A stretch of 32,000 nucleotides of DNA from Candidatus Iainarchaeum sp. (lineage in GTDB: Archaea > Iainarchaeota > Iainarchaeia > Iainarchaeales > 0-14-0-20-30-16): NCBI GenBank assembly GCA_028710695.1, contig JAQTTP010000001.1, forward strand, positions 120,001 to 152,000, read 5' to 3'. The notes under the pieces are model-generated. The model saw only the letters and a program-made list of their open reading frames with translations, searched no databases and was not told where the DNA came from. Positions 14,105 to 24,038 of the stretch are shown here, piece by piece (the first letter of the stretch is position 1; each line of letters starts with the position of its first letter). Both the position numbers and the translations under genes were made by a program.

Positions 14105-16771
14105 ATGGCTGAAGAACTAAATATGCAAAAGATAGAAGCAAAATGGCAAAAGAAATGGGAAAAAGAGAAGATCTTTGAAGCAAACCCTAATAATAAAAAG
14201 AAATTTTTCATAAACTTTCCATATCCTTATCTTAATGGCTATTTGCACTTAGGGCACGCATTTTCTTCAGTAAGAGTAGATGTAATGGCAAGGTACAAAA
14301 GAATGCAAGGATTTAATGTTTTATTTCCACAAGGCTGGCATTATACTGGTACCCCCGTTTGGGCCGCAGCACAAAGGATTAAAGAAAAAGAACCAAAGCA
14401 AATTAAGATGATGAAAGCAATGGGCTTTTTAGATAAAGATATTGGAAAATTTTCTGATATACAGCACTGGGCAGATGTTTTTGTGCCTGCTGCAAAAGAT
14501 GATTTTTCAAAGTTGGGAAACAGCATTGATTGGAGACGAAGTTTTATTACCACAAGTATGAATCCGCCTTATGACAAATTTGTTTGTTGGCAATTCAGAA
14601 AATTAAAGGAAAAAGGACTAGTAGTCACGGGTGAACATCCAGTTGTTTGGTGTCCTAAAGACAATATGCCAATTGGAGACCACGACAGAGGAGAAGGAGA
14701 AGGCGAAACTACCCAAGATTTTATTTGGATTAAATTTAGAATGAAGAATTCGGATCTAATATTAATGGCAGGAACAACAAGGCCTGATGCTCTATATGGT
14801 CAAACTAACTTATGGGTTGACCCTAAAGGAGATTATGTTGTTGTAAAAGTAAAAGATGAAAAATGGGTTGTTGGAAAAGAAGTTGTTGATAAAATAAAAA
14901 ATCAATATTGTCCTGAGGTAAAGATAGTGGAAAAAATAGATCCCAAACAATTAATTGGGCAGTGGGTTAAAGGCCCATTAGTAAATAATGAAATACACAT
15001 TTTGCCAGCCCATTTTATTAAATCTAATATTGGTTCTGGAATAGTTTATTCCGCATTGGAAGACCCAGTAGATTTATATGAATTGAAAAAAATACAATCT
15101 GATAAAACATATATAAAAAATTTTAACCTTGATGAGAAAGAAGTAAAAAGATTGAAACCAATTTTTATAATTAAAGTTTCGGGAATGGAAGAAAATTTGG
15201 GCGAATCAATTGGAAAAGAATTTGGAGTAAAATCAGACAAAGATGTGAATCAATTGGAAGTTGCAAAAGGAGAATTAAATAAAAGAGTCTTTAGAAAAGG
15301 AGTAATGAATTCTAACTGTGGAATTTGTGCAGGAAAATCAGTGCCAGAAGCACAAATTATATTAAAGAAAAAGTTAGTAGATGAAAAAGATGCAATAATG
15401 TTTTATGAACTATCTGGAAAAGTTGTATGTAGATGCTTGACTCCGGCAATTGTTAAAGTTGTGTCTGACCAATGGTATTTGAAATATGGCGACAAGAACT
15501 GGAAAAAGTCAACACATAAAGAATTAGATAAAATGAAATTATACCCTGAAGCAGTAAGACCACAATTTAATTATGTTCTAGACTGGCTGAATGATTGGGC
15601 TTGTACTCATCACCACGGCGCAGGAACTAAATTGCCCTGGGATAATAAGTGGGTAATAGAATCTTTGTCAGATTCAACAATTTACATGGCGTATTACACA
15701 ATTTCACACTTAATTAAAGATATTCCAGAAGATAAAATTACTGATGAATTATTTGATTATGTTTTCTTAGGAAAAGGTTCTGGAAAAAAAGAATGGAAAA
15801 AACTAAAAGAAGAGTTTGAATATTGGTATCCAATTGATATTAGAAGTTCAGGAAAAGATCTTGTTCAAAACCACCTATCTTTTTGTTTATTTAATCACTC
15901 CGCAATATTTCCTGAAAAACAATGGCCCGGCGGATTTAGTGTTAATGGCTGGTTATTAGTGAACGGAGAGAAAATGTCAAAAAGCAAAGGAAACTTTTTT
16001 ACAATAAGAGAGATGTTAGAAAAGTATCCTGCGGATGTTATTAGGGCAAATTTGATGTTTGGCGGAGAGGGTATAGATGACCCTAATTTTGATTTTAGTA
16101 ATGTTGATTTGCTAATACAGAAGCTTAAAAACTGGGCAGACTTTGCAACAACAAATTATAAAACAGCCAAAGGATCAAAAGAAGAAACAAATTCAGATCT
16201 TATATTCCAACACCATTTAAATGGCTGCTTAAAATTGGGTAGTGAAGCAATGGAAAACATGATGTTTAGAACTGCGTTTGATAAATTGTTTAATCAAATG
16301 CAAAGAGCATTGAAAGATTATATTAATAGAGGGCATACTAATCAAAAAGTTATAAATGATTTTATAGAAATTCAAACAAAAGTAATTGCTCCATTCTGCC
16401 CACATATAACTGAAGAGATTTGGGAAAAACTTGGAAATAAAGGATTCATAAGTTTAGCAAAATGGCCTGCGGCTGATGAATCAAAAATAAATCCAAAGTT
16501 TGATCAAGAAGAGCAGATAATAGAAAAAGTTGCAAGTGACATAAATAATATTTTGAAAATTGTGCTAGAAAAACAAGGTGTGAAAAAAACTAAAGCCTAT
16601 ATTTATGTTTTGCCAAATGAACTGAATTTGTATAATGAATCAATTGACTTGATTAAGAAAAAAACAAATTTGGAAATCACTGTGTTTGCAGTTAATGACA
16701 AAAGCAAATATGACCCAGAAAGTAAATCTGGAAAAACAAAACCTGGAAAACCAGCAATACATTTGGAATAA
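14105..16771 (+). CDS. leuS: leucine--tRNA ligase (archaeal type)
   Basis: HIGH-type motif (NGYLHLGHAF), KMSKS motif (GEKMSKSKGNF), a large inserted editing domain and typical archaeal LeuRS N-terminal sequence. Confidence 0.95.
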   Translation: MAEELNMQKIEAKWQKKWEKEKIFEANPNNKKKFFINFPYPYLNGYLHLGHAFSSVRVDVMARYKRMQGFNVLFPQGWHYTGTPVWAAAQRIKEKEPKQIKMMKAMGFLDKDIGKFSDIQHWADVFVPAAKDDFSKLGNSIDWRRSFITTSMNPPYDKFVCWQFRKLKEKGLVVTGEHPVVWCPKDNMPIGDHDRGEGEGETTQDFIWIKFRMKNSDLILMAGTTRPDALYGQTNLWVDPKGDYVVVKVKDEKWVVGKEVVDKIKNQYCPEVKIVEKIDPKQLIGQWVKGPLVNNEIHILPAHFIKSNIGSGIVYSALEDPVDLYELKKIQSDKTYIKNFNLDEKEVKRLKPIFIIKVSGMEENLGESIGKEFGVKSDKDVNQLEVAKGELNKRVFRKGVMNSNCGICAGKSVPEAQIILKKKLVDEKDAIMFYELSGKVVCRCLTPAIVKVVSDQWYLKYGDKNWKKSTHKELDKMKLYPEAVRPQFNYVLDWLNDWACTHHHGAGTKLPWDNKWVIESLSDSTIYMAYYTISHLIKDIPEDKITDELFDYVFLGKGSGKKEWKKLKEEFEYWYPIDIRSSGKDLVQNHLSFCLFNHSAIFPEKQWPGGFSVNGWLLVNGEKMSKSKGNFFTIREMLEKYPADVIRANLMFGGEGIDDPNFDFSNVDLLIQKLKNWADFATTNYKTAKGSKEETNSDLIFQHHLNGCLKLGSEAMENMMFRTAFDKLFNQMQRALKDYINRGHTNQKVINDFIEIQTKVIAPFCPHITEEIWEKLGNKGFISLAKWPAADESKINPKFDQEEQIIEKVASDINNILKIVLEKQGVKKTKAYIYVLPNELNLYNESIDLIKKKTNLEITVFAVNDKSKYDPESKSGKTKPGKPAIHLE

Positions 16772-16783
16772 TTTCTACAGAAG

Positions 16784-17797
16784 ATGATAAAAATGCTTAC
16801 AAAATTTGAAAATAATGATTTTTCTGTAGACGAATTCTATTCTGAAATTTCTAAAAAACTAAAAGGCTATGAATTTTCATCTTTTGCTTTGGGCGTGGGG
16901 TATCCAAAAGAAATTAAAGAAGAAACAAAAAAGAAATTAAGAGTAGACTTTCAAAAAGGACTTGTTTACAAAATATCAAAAGAATTAAACAAAAAAGTAG
17001 ATTACAAAAACAAAGATATTTTGATAATTATTGATCTTATTGGAAAAAAAATAGAATATGTTTTCAAGCCGATTTATGTGCAAGGCAGATATAATAAATA
17101 TTCAAGAGAGTTACCACAAACATATCGCTATTGCTTTAAGTGCAGAGGAAAAGGATGCAAGCTGTGTGACGGAAAAGGGAAACTTTCTGAAACATCTGTT
17201 GAGGAAATATTAAGAGAGTATTTTTTAGAACTTTTTGCTGCAGAGGAACTTAAGTTTCATGGGGCTGGAAGAGAAGATGTGGATGTTTTGATGCTTGGAA
17301 ATGGAAGGCCATTTGTTTTAGAGCTTGCTGAGCCAAGAAAAAGAAGTATTTCAAAAAAAGAGTTGAAAGATTTAGAGAAAAAAATAAATCTTAATGAAAA
17401 AGAGATACAAATACATAAACTGAAGTTTTGTAAAGAAGAAAAAGTAGAAAAAATAAAACAAGCAGACCACAAAAAATTATACCTTGCTTTAGTTGAATGT
17501 GATGAAAAAATTTCACAGAAGGAAATAAAGGCGTTAAAAGGAAAACATTATGTAAAACAGAGGACTCCTGAGAGGGTTTCTGCAAGAAGAAGCGATTTAA
17601 TTAGAGAAAGAGTTGGAAAAATAAAGAAAGTAGAATATGTTTCTGAAAATGAATTCAAGGTCTGGATAAAAGCAGATGCAGGCTTATACATAAAAGAGTT
17701 TATTTCCGGGGATGCCGGCAGATCAATACCATCTGTATCTGAGTTATTAGGAAAAAAGTGTAAATGTAAACAGCTAGATGTTTTGAAGATACTTTAA
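16784..17797 (+). CDS. pus10: tRNA pseudouridine(54/55) synthase Pus10
   Basis: GRYNKYSRELPQTYRYCFKCRGKGCKLCDGKGK followed by HGAGREDVDVLMLGNGRPFVLEL matches the Pus10 zinc-linker and catalytic Asp motif. Confidence 0.85.
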   Translation: MIKMLTKFENNDFSVDEFYSEISKKLKGYEFSSFALGVGYPKEIKEETKKKLRVDFQKGLVYKISKELNKKVDYKNKDILIIIDLIGKKIEYVFKPIYVQGRYNKYSRELPQTYRYCFKCRGKGCKLCDGKGKLSETSVEEILREYFLELFAAEELKFHGAGREDVDVLMLGNGRPFVLELAEPRKRSISKKELKDLEKKINLNEKEIQIHKLKFCKEEKVEKIKQADHKKLYLALVECDEKISQKEIKALKGKHYVKQRTPERVSARRSDLIRERVGKIKKVEYVSENEFKVWIKADAGLYIKEFISGDAGRSIPSVSELLGKKCKCKQLDVLKIL

Positions 17798-17810
17798 TAT
17801 TTTTTACTCC

Positions 17811-18950
17811 CTAAAATTTTATTTTTTCTATTTTCTTAATTGCTTCTTTTACTAATTCTGGATTAATTTCTTTTTCAAAATTTTCTAAATCTTCCAATTT
17901 AGATTTTGTTTCTGGATGTTGTGAAACCAAAAGAGAGCAACAATCTTCGTAAGGAAGTATTGAGATTTCATATGTGCCTATTTTCTTTGCAATATCAATT
18001 GTTTCTAATTTATCAAAACCAATAAGTGGATGTAGGATTGGAATTGATGCTGCTGAATAAGTTGTTTTTATGTTATCTAAAGTTTGAGATGCTACTTGCC
18101 CCAAATTATCTCCTGTAACTAATGCTTTGTAATTCTCTTTTCTTGCAAGCATGCTGGCAATTTTGAACATATATCTTTTGTATACCAACATTCTGTACTT
18201 TGATGGAACTTTTAGAATAATTTCTTTTTGTAAATCTTTGAATGGAACAATAAATAGTTTTGAATCAAGCTGGTATTCTGTTAATTTTGAAACTAATTTT
18301 TTTATCTTGTCTAAGGCTGCGCGAGAATTGATTGTGTCATTAAAGAAATGGATATAATGAACTATTGTGCCTCTTTTTGAAATCATAAAAGATGCTACCG
18401 GGCTGTCTATTCCGCCTGAGAGAAGAGATAGAACTTTTCCATCAGTAGTAATTGGCAAGCCCCCTAAGCCAGTGATCTTGTCAAAGAAGATGTAGATTTT
18501 ATTACTGCAAATTTCAATGAAGATCTCTTTTGTGAACTTTTTAATATCTGCATTGAAGCCTTTTGAAATTAGGTAATCTGCAAGCTTTTTGTTTATTTCT
18601 GGAGATGTAAGTTCAAACTTTTTGTTTTGCCTTTTTGTAGAAATTCTGTAAACTTCTTTTTTTGTAACTACTTTGTCAAGGATCTTTTCTATTTTTTTCA
18701 AATCAAGATCAACTGAAAATCCAATACCTATGTTTTGGATTCCGGGAATTTTTTTAAGAATCTCAATGATTTTTTCATTACTTGTATCCAGAATAATTTT
18801 TCCATAATTTCTTTTTGCCTTTTTTGTAGTTATGCCAGTAAGTTTTTTGTTTATGTGATCTACAAGGGCCTTTTCAAAATGGATTCTATTTTCTCCTTTT
18901 GTGGCAATTTCATTATAATGTATTACAATAACTGAATTTGTAGTATTCAT
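17811..18950 (-). CDS. thiI: tRNA 4-thiouridine synthase ThiI (no rhodanese domain)
   Basis: N-terminal IHYNEIATKGENR (ferredoxin-like/THUMP region) and PP-loop LLSGGIDSPVA. The ATG at 18950 is preferred over the GTG at 18968. Confidence 0.9.
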   Translation of the reverse strand: MNTTNSVIVIHYNEIATKGENRIHFEKALVDHINKKLTGITTKKAKRNYGKIILDTSNEKIIEILKKIPGIQNIGIGFSVDLDLKKIEKILDKVVTKKEVYRISTKRQNKKFELTSPEINKKLADYLISKGFNADIKKFTKEIFIEICSNKIYIFFDKITGLGGLPITTDGKVLSLLSGGIDSPVASFMISKRGTIVHYIHFFNDTINSRAALDKIKKLVSKLTEYQLDSKLFIVPFKDLQKEIILKVPSKYRMLVYKRYMFKIASMLARKENYKALVTGDNLGQVASQTLDNIKTTYSAASIPILHPLIGFDKLETIDIAKKIGTYEISILPYEDCCSLLVSQHPETKSKLEDLENFEKEINPELVKEAIKKIEKIKF

Positions 18951-19068
18951 AATAATCACACTAATCACAATCTAGAATAACCTATTAGTATATATATGCA
19001 TTGCAACAAATTATATATAAAAGAATTAGGTTTTTTAGGTTACAATTATACTAAAAAGGTATTTTTTA

Positions 19069-19284
19069 ATGGATAAAAAGGTATATGAAATTAAGGTAAT
19101 ACCGAGTTCGAAAACCGAAGAGGTTTTTGAGGAAAATGGAATATTAAAAGCAAAATTAAAAGCAAAGGCAGAAAAAGGAGAGGCTAATAAGGCTTTGATA
19201 GTTCTGCTTGAAAAGCATTTTAAAGGCAAAGTAACTTTGCTTCGGGGGCATACTTCTCGTAAGAAGATTGTCCTTGTTGAGTGA
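19069..19284 (+). CDS. DUF167 (YggU-like) small protein
   Basis: IKVIPSSKTEEV...KAKAEKGEANKALIVLLEKHF...VTLLRGHTSRKKIV matches the DUF167 pattern. Confidence 0.75.
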   Translation: MDKKVYEIKVIPSSKTEEVFEENGILKAKLKAKAEKGEANKALIVLLEKHFKGKVTLLRGHTSRKKIVLVE

Positions 19285-19317
19285 CCTAATTCTTTTTTTT
19301 ACATTGGAGGAATAATT

Positions 19318-20787
19318 ATGGCGAAAACATACATGAGTCATACTAAATACATTATTTATCAAAAATTTAAGGTAAAAGGTGTAGTTGAAAAGCATGATAT
19401 AATAGGTGCAATCTTTGGGCAAAGTGAAGGCCTAACTGGCGAGGACTTGTCCTTAAAAGAGTTGCAGAGTAATGGAAAGATTGGAAGAATTGAACTATCT
19501 GTAGAATCTAGTAATGGTGCTTCAGTTGGAACAATAGAAATTCCATCAAGTGCAGATATGGTTGAGACCGCAATTTTGGCAGCAACAATAGAAGCTGTAG
19601 ATAAGGTTGGTCCTTGTGATGCAGAATTTGTTACTGAGAAGATTGAAGATACCAGAACTGTGAAGAGAAAGAATATAATCTTAAGAGCAAAGTCTTTGTT
19701 ATCAACTTTAATAAAAGATCAGATCCCTGATAGCCAGGAGATTACAAGAGAAGTTGAAGAAGAAGTAAGATCTTCAGAGATTACTAGTTATGGATATGAT
19801 AAGATCCCTTGTGGACCAACAATAAACGAGTCTGAAGAAATAATTCTAGTAGAGGGAAGAGCAGATGTAATAAATTTGTTGAAATACAACATAAAGAACG
19901 TTGTTGCATTTGGTGGATCAAATATAACTAGAACTGTTGTTGATCTATGTAATAAAAAGACTTGTTTGGTATTCATTGACGGAGATAGGGGCGGAGAACT
20001 AAACTTAAAGAAGCTAATGCAGATGACGAGCGTAGATTTCATTGCAAGAGCTCCACACGGAAAGGAAGTTGAAGAATTAACTAAAAAAGAAATCCTGATG
20101 TGCCTAAAGAAGAAAATGCCAATAATACAAACAAAGAAAGAAACTTCTGCAGGATCAATGGACCTTGAATTATCTGATTTAGATAGTTCGCCTATTGCGG
20201 AAGATAAATCAAATGGAAAGCCAGACATTGCTTGGGTTGACAAAAAGGCAGCTGAATTAGTTTCTTCAAAGGTACCTCTTGTGGTAGAACCTAAGAGAGA
20301 AGAGCCAAAGAAAGAAGAAGTAAGAAAAGAAGAGCCAAAAGTAGAACCAAGACGAACAGATTTTAAACAATTTGAACCACGGCAAGATTACAGGAAGCCA
20401 GAGTTTAGGGAAGAACATAGAGAAGATAAAAGAGAAGAAAGGAAATTCTTTAGTAAGCCTTTGTTCAAGCCAAGAGAACAGTCACAAAGACCAGCACAAG
20501 ACAGAAAACTTGTTGAGGGCGTAGATGTTCTTGATGAAATGAACAAGATTAAAGGTAAGCTTAAGGCAAACTTCTATACTCAAGGAAAGTTCATAGAATC
20601 TATTGCTGTAAAAGATCTAATGAAAGGCCTAAAAGAGAAGAAAGGAATCTCAATGATAATCTTTGACGGCATAGTTACAAAGAGATTAGCAGAAATGGCT
20701 AAGTCTAAGGGCGTAGCTGAAATAGTTGGCCTTAAAGTAGGAAAGATGAGCAAGATCAAGGGAATAAATATAACTTCCCTTGAATAG
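19318..20787 (+). CDS. dnaG: archaeal DnaG primase / exosome-associated Toprim protein
   Basis: N-terminus KYIIYQKFKVKGVVEKHDIIGAIFGQSEGL is typical of archaeal DnaG. Toprim motifs ILVEGRADV and IDGDRGGE are present. GGAGG SD lies upstream. Confidence 0.9.
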   Translation: MAKTYMSHTKYIIYQKFKVKGVVEKHDIIGAIFGQSEGLTGEDLSLKELQSNGKIGRIELSVESSNGASVGTIEIPSSADMVETAILAATIEAVDKVGPCDAEFVTEKIEDTRTVKRKNIILRAKSLLSTLIKDQIPDSQEITREVEEEVRSSEITSYGYDKIPCGPTINESEEIILVEGRADVINLLKYNIKNVVAFGGSNITRTVVDLCNKKTCLVFIDGDRGGELNLKKLMQMTSVDFIARAPHGKEVEELTKKEILMCLKKKMPIIQTKKETSAGSMDLELSDLDSSPIAEDKSNGKPDIAWVDKKAAELVSSKVPLVVEPKREEPKKEEVRKEEPKVEPRRTDFKQFEPRQDYRKPEFREEHREDKREERKFFSKPLFKPREQSQRPAQDRKLVEGVDVLDEMNKIKGKLKANFYTQGKFIESIAVKDLMKGLKEKKGISMIIFDGIVTKRLAEMAKSKGVAEIVGLKVGKMSKIKGINITSLE

Positions 20788-20821
20788 TTCTTTTTTCCCT
20801 TTTTTTATTCTTTTTCTTTTT
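20788..20821 (+). terminator. oligo-T tracts after dnaG
   Basis: TTCTTTTTTCCCTTTTTTTATTCTTTTTCTTTTT starts immediately after the TAG. Archaeal termination is commonly signalled by T-runs. Confidence 0.35.
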
Positions 20822-20853
20822 ATATTATAAACTTTTACGTCTTATATTTTTGC

Positions 20854-21558
20854 ATGTATTCACAAGATCGTTCTTTAGAAGGTATTCCTGAATCTGAATG
20901 GAAAGAACTTTCTAAAAGAATTTCAGAAGCTGGCGGACGAGTTTTACTGCTTGTTCATCCTTTTTATAACTCTGTAACTGACAAGAGATATTATGATACT
21001 CTTTATGCGCTGTTGAGAAAATCAAAAATACCAATAATTACACTAGAAGAAGAACGTAGAATCCATGAAACAAATGGTAGATTTAAAGCATTTGGGGCAA
21101 AACAAGTTTTTTTTATTTCTACAGCCCCCGGGTCTTCAGAAGTAATTGTTGGAAAAAAACAAGCTGTTGATTTAAGAGGTAATACTTATGGTTATGACCA
21201 TTATGATTACGGACTTACAGTTTTTCATGATAAATTAAAATCCCTTGGTGTTAGACATTTGTTTATTGGCGGTCAAAAAACACATTATGTTGAGCATGAA
21301 CGATGGCACCCTTTACTTGGACACAAAATACCCGTAGAAAAAAAGCATTTAAAAGAAACAATTGAATTAGAATCTAAACGATATCCACACCTGAGAACAC
21401 CCCCTGGGAAAACAATTTTACTTGGTTGTGCAGGAGATCATTATAGTCGTGCATTAAAACGCTTAGAAAAAGTTACTTTAATACCAAATTTGGTATCACC
21501 TGATAAGCCAATTAGAAAAAAAAGATCTCCTTGGCTTAGAAAGTTACGCCCCAAATAA
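20854..21558 (+). CDS. hypothetical protein with basic C-terminal tail
   Basis: 234-aa ORF with no family recognised. The tail is PIRKKRSPWLRKLRPK. Confidence 0.6.
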   Translation: MYSQDRSLEGIPESEWKELSKRISEAGGRVLLLVHPFYNSVTDKRYYDTLYALLRKSKIPIITLEEERRIHETNGRFKAFGAKQVFFISTAPGSSEVIVGKKQAVDLRGNTYGYDHYDYGLTVFHDKLKSLGVRHLFIGGQKTHYVEHERWHPLLGHKIPVEKKHLKETIELESKRYPHLRTPPGKTILLGCAGDHYSRALKRLEKVTLIPNLVSPDKPIRKKRSPWLRKLRPK

Positions 21559-22248
21559 TTATTTTATTATTTCTTTAACAATTTTGTAGACTTCTTTTTG
21601 TATTTCTTCAATTGACTTTGGCTTGTTTTTTTCAAAGCAAACAATTCTTTTCCAATTCTCTGATTTATCATTTTCTAAACAAAACAAATAAGCACTTTCT
21701 GCATTTTTTAAATGATTTGCATCTGCTTCATGGAGATCTCTTTTTTTGCCTTTTGTATATTCTCTTGCATCCTTTTTATCAACTAACTGTTGTCCTATTA
21801 AAGGATCCATGTGTAATAATAAGGTTAAATCTGGCTTTGGAATTCCTAAAATATTATATTCTAAATCATTAACCCAAGTTAGGAATGCATCTCTCTCTTT
21901 ATCAGATGCTATTTTGCCAAGTTGGTGGCCTTTATTTGAAGATGTGTATCTATTTGAAATAACTGTAACTCCATTATTTAGCCATTCTCTTATCTGGAAG
22001 CTAGCTGCAAATCTATCTAAAGCATAAAACAAGGATGCTTTCTTAGCGCTTACTTGTTCAAGAGTTCCAAATTCCCCGCGAAGATACCTTGCAACAAATT
22101 CAGCAGACCAGTTTCCATATTGCGGGAAATCTGCAGTTTTTACCTCTTTGCCTTCAGAGATTAATTTATTAACCAGGAGGTCCATTTGGGTTTTCTTGCC
22201 AGATCCATCAGTTCCATCTATAACAATAAACTTTCCTTTCTGCACCAT
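21559..22248 (-). CDS. tmk: dTMP (thymidylate) kinase
   Basis: P-loop FIVIDGTDGSGKKTQ, a DRF motif (ALDRFA) and length typical of Tmk. Confidence 0.9.
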   Translation of the reverse strand: MVQKGKFIVIDGTDGSGKKTQMDLLVNKLISEGKEVKTADFPQYGNWSAEFVARYLRGEFGTLEQVSAKKASLFYALDRFAASFQIREWLNNGVTVISNRYTSSNKGHQLGKIASDKERDAFLTWVNDLEYNILGIPKPDLTLLLHMDPLIGQQLVDKKDAREYTKGKKRDLHEADANHLKNAESAYLFCLENDKSENWKRIVCFEKNKPKSIEEIQKEVYKIVKEIIK

Positions 22249-22297
22249 AATAAAATTAGGCTTTTTGTTTTATAAAGATTTTGCTTTTTATCTTATT

Positions 22298-23575
22298 ATG
22301 GATGTTATTCTTGCACTGATTATTATTGCCACCATTTTACTGCTTGGTGTTTTTGGAGAATTCTTCTTTAGGAAGACGGGGATACCAGATGCTCTTTGGC
22401 TAATTCTATTTGGATTTGCAATAACTACTTTATTCAATATTATAAGCCCACAAGCTTTTTCAGCAATAATACCTATCTTTGTAGTTGTTACTTTGGTAGT
22501 TATTCTGTTTGAAGGCGGATTACATCTAAAACTTACTGGTGTTGTTAAAGCCTCTTTGGCAGGCATGGGGCTAGCCATATTATTTTTTATATTTTCAGTT
22601 ATCATTGTAACTGGAATTACCTATTTGATGAGCGTTCTTGGATTTTATCCTGGCTGGAATTTATGGACTGGGGTGTTGCTAGGGGCAATACTCGGTGGAA
22701 CATCTTCTGTAGGTGTTATTGCTTTAGTTCAATTTGCGAATCTTGGTGAAGAAGCATCAGATATATTGGTGGTTGAATCAGCATTTAATGATGCTTTATG
22801 TATTGTTGTAGTAAGCACATTAGTGGTTTATCTATTAGGGGCAACTAGCTCAGTAGGAATAAAATCAGTTCTTCAAGGTATTTCTTCTGGGTTTGCAATA
22901 GGCATTGTTATTGGCATAGCATTTGGATTTATTTGGCTTTATTTGCTGTATAAACTTGAAAGCAACAAAGATATGAAAAATTATTTTTATTTTTTTACTT
23001 TGGCGGCGCTATTTTTTATTTACATTCTTACTGATTATGTTGGCGGTTCAGCAGTAATCGCTTGTTTTATTTTTGGTCTAATTATGGGAAATACCCTTTT
23101 GATAAAACAATTATTTAAAATCGAAAGAATGTATGAAGTTGATAAAGAGTTACTGTTAATAAATTCACAGTTGGCATTTTTAATAAAAAGCTTTTTCTTT
23201 GTGTTAATTGGAATGCTTTTAGTTCTAGACTACAAACTGTGGATTTATGGATTAATAATAACAGTCTTTTTACTAATCCCTCGAATACTTGCAATTCTTA
23301 TTGTCCCATCTACTCGAAAGATTGAAAAGACAAAAAGAACTTTGCTTTATTTTATTTATCCTAAAGGTTTAGCAGCAGGAATATTAGCCATAAGTTTAGC
23401 AAACGCACCGGGATTAGATAAAGCAATACCAACAATTTCGTGGTTTGTGCCGATAATATTTTCTACAATATTTTTGTCGATATTGATGTCAACAATAAGT
23501 TTGGGAATTTATAGGTGGAAAATGAAAAAAACACAAGTACAAGGAGATAATACAAATGTTGATACCAATAGTTAA
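22298..23575 (+). CDS. cation:proton antiporter (Na+/H+ exchanger, CPA1/NhaP-like)
   Basis: Roughly 12 hydrophobic helices. VVESAFNDALCIVV resembles the conserved NhaP ESxxND motif. The ATG at 22298 is chosen because the tracked start at 22148 would overlap tmk by 100 nt. Confidence 0.8.
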   Translation: MDVILALIIIATILLLGVFGEFFFRKTGIPDALWLILFGFAITTLFNIISPQAFSAIIPIFVVVTLVVILFEGGLHLKLTGVVKASLAGMGLAILFFIFSVIIVTGITYLMSVLGFYPGWNLWTGVLLGAILGGTSSVGVIALVQFANLGEEASDILVVESAFNDALCIVVVSTLVVYLLGATSSVGIKSVLQGISSGFAIGIVIGIAFGFIWLYLLYKLESNKDMKNYFYFFTLAALFFIYILTDYVGGSAVIACFIFGLIMGNTLLIKQLFKIERMYEVDKELLLINSQLAFLIKSFFFVLIGMLLVLDYKLWIYGLIITVFLLIPRILAILIVPSTRKIEKTKRTLLYFIYPKGLAAGILAISLANAPGLDKAIPTISWFVPIIFSTIFLSILMSTISLGIYRWKMKKTQVQGDNTNVDTNS

Positions 23576-24038
23576 TGAAAAAGACAAAATAATATGCTAT
23601 AAAGACAGAGATAGTATCGGACAAAAAGACATTTATCGTGTTTCTGCTTTGTGGATAATTAATTCTAAAAGTGAGTTTCTTCTTGCAAAAAGGGTAAAAA
23701 CAAAAAAGAATAATCCAGGAAAGTGGGGGCCAGCAGTTGCTGGAACAGTTGAAAAAGGAGAAACATACAAACAGAATATTTTAAAAGAAACAAAAGAAGA
23801 GCTAGGATTAGATCCTAAAGGCCTTAGACAAGGGCCAAAGATAAAAAACACAGGCGAACATAACTTTTTTTGTCAGTGGTATTTTTTAAAGCAAGATAAA
23901 GATGAAAAAGAATTTGATTTTGATAAAAAAGAAGTTGATGAAGTAAAGTGGTTTTCAAAGAAAGAATTTGAAAAAGAATATCTTAAGAACCCAGAACTGT
24001 TTTTGAAAAACGCACCATTTTGGGTTAACACCTTCTAA
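23556..24038 (+). CDS. Nudix hydrolase
   Basis: Nudix box GTVEKGETYKQNILKETKEELGL (GX5EX7[RK]EXXEEXG). It overlaps the antiporter stop by 20 nt. Confidence 0.85.
   Translation: MLIPIVNEKDKIICYKDRDSIGQKDIYRVSALWIINSKSEFLLAKRVKTKKNNPGKWGPAVAGTVEKGETYKQNILKETKEELGLDPKGLRQGPKIKNTGEHNFFCQWYFLKQDKDEKEFDFDKKEVDEVKWFSKKEFEKEYLKNPELFLKNAPFWVNTF

Noticed and set aside
14029-14211. 60-aa minus-strand ORF across the leuS start
   Set aside because: It overlaps the leuS N-terminus in antisense and runs through the low-complexity intergenic tract. It is an F/K/I-rich artefact.
19788-20243. 151-aa minus-strand ORF
   Set aside because: It is antisense to dnaG, which carries clear Toprim motifs on the plus strand.
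20287-20360. Repeated GAAGAGCCAAA units as a possible tandem repeat or CRISPR-like array
   Set aside because: There are only two short copies, in frame within dnaG, encoding the EEPK repeat. There is no repeat-spacer periodicity.
22148-22297. N-terminal 50-aa extension of the antiporter ORF
   Set aside because: It would overlap the tmk coding region by 100 nt on the opposite strand and is not hydrophobic like the rest of the protein. The ATG at 22298 begins directly with a TM helix.
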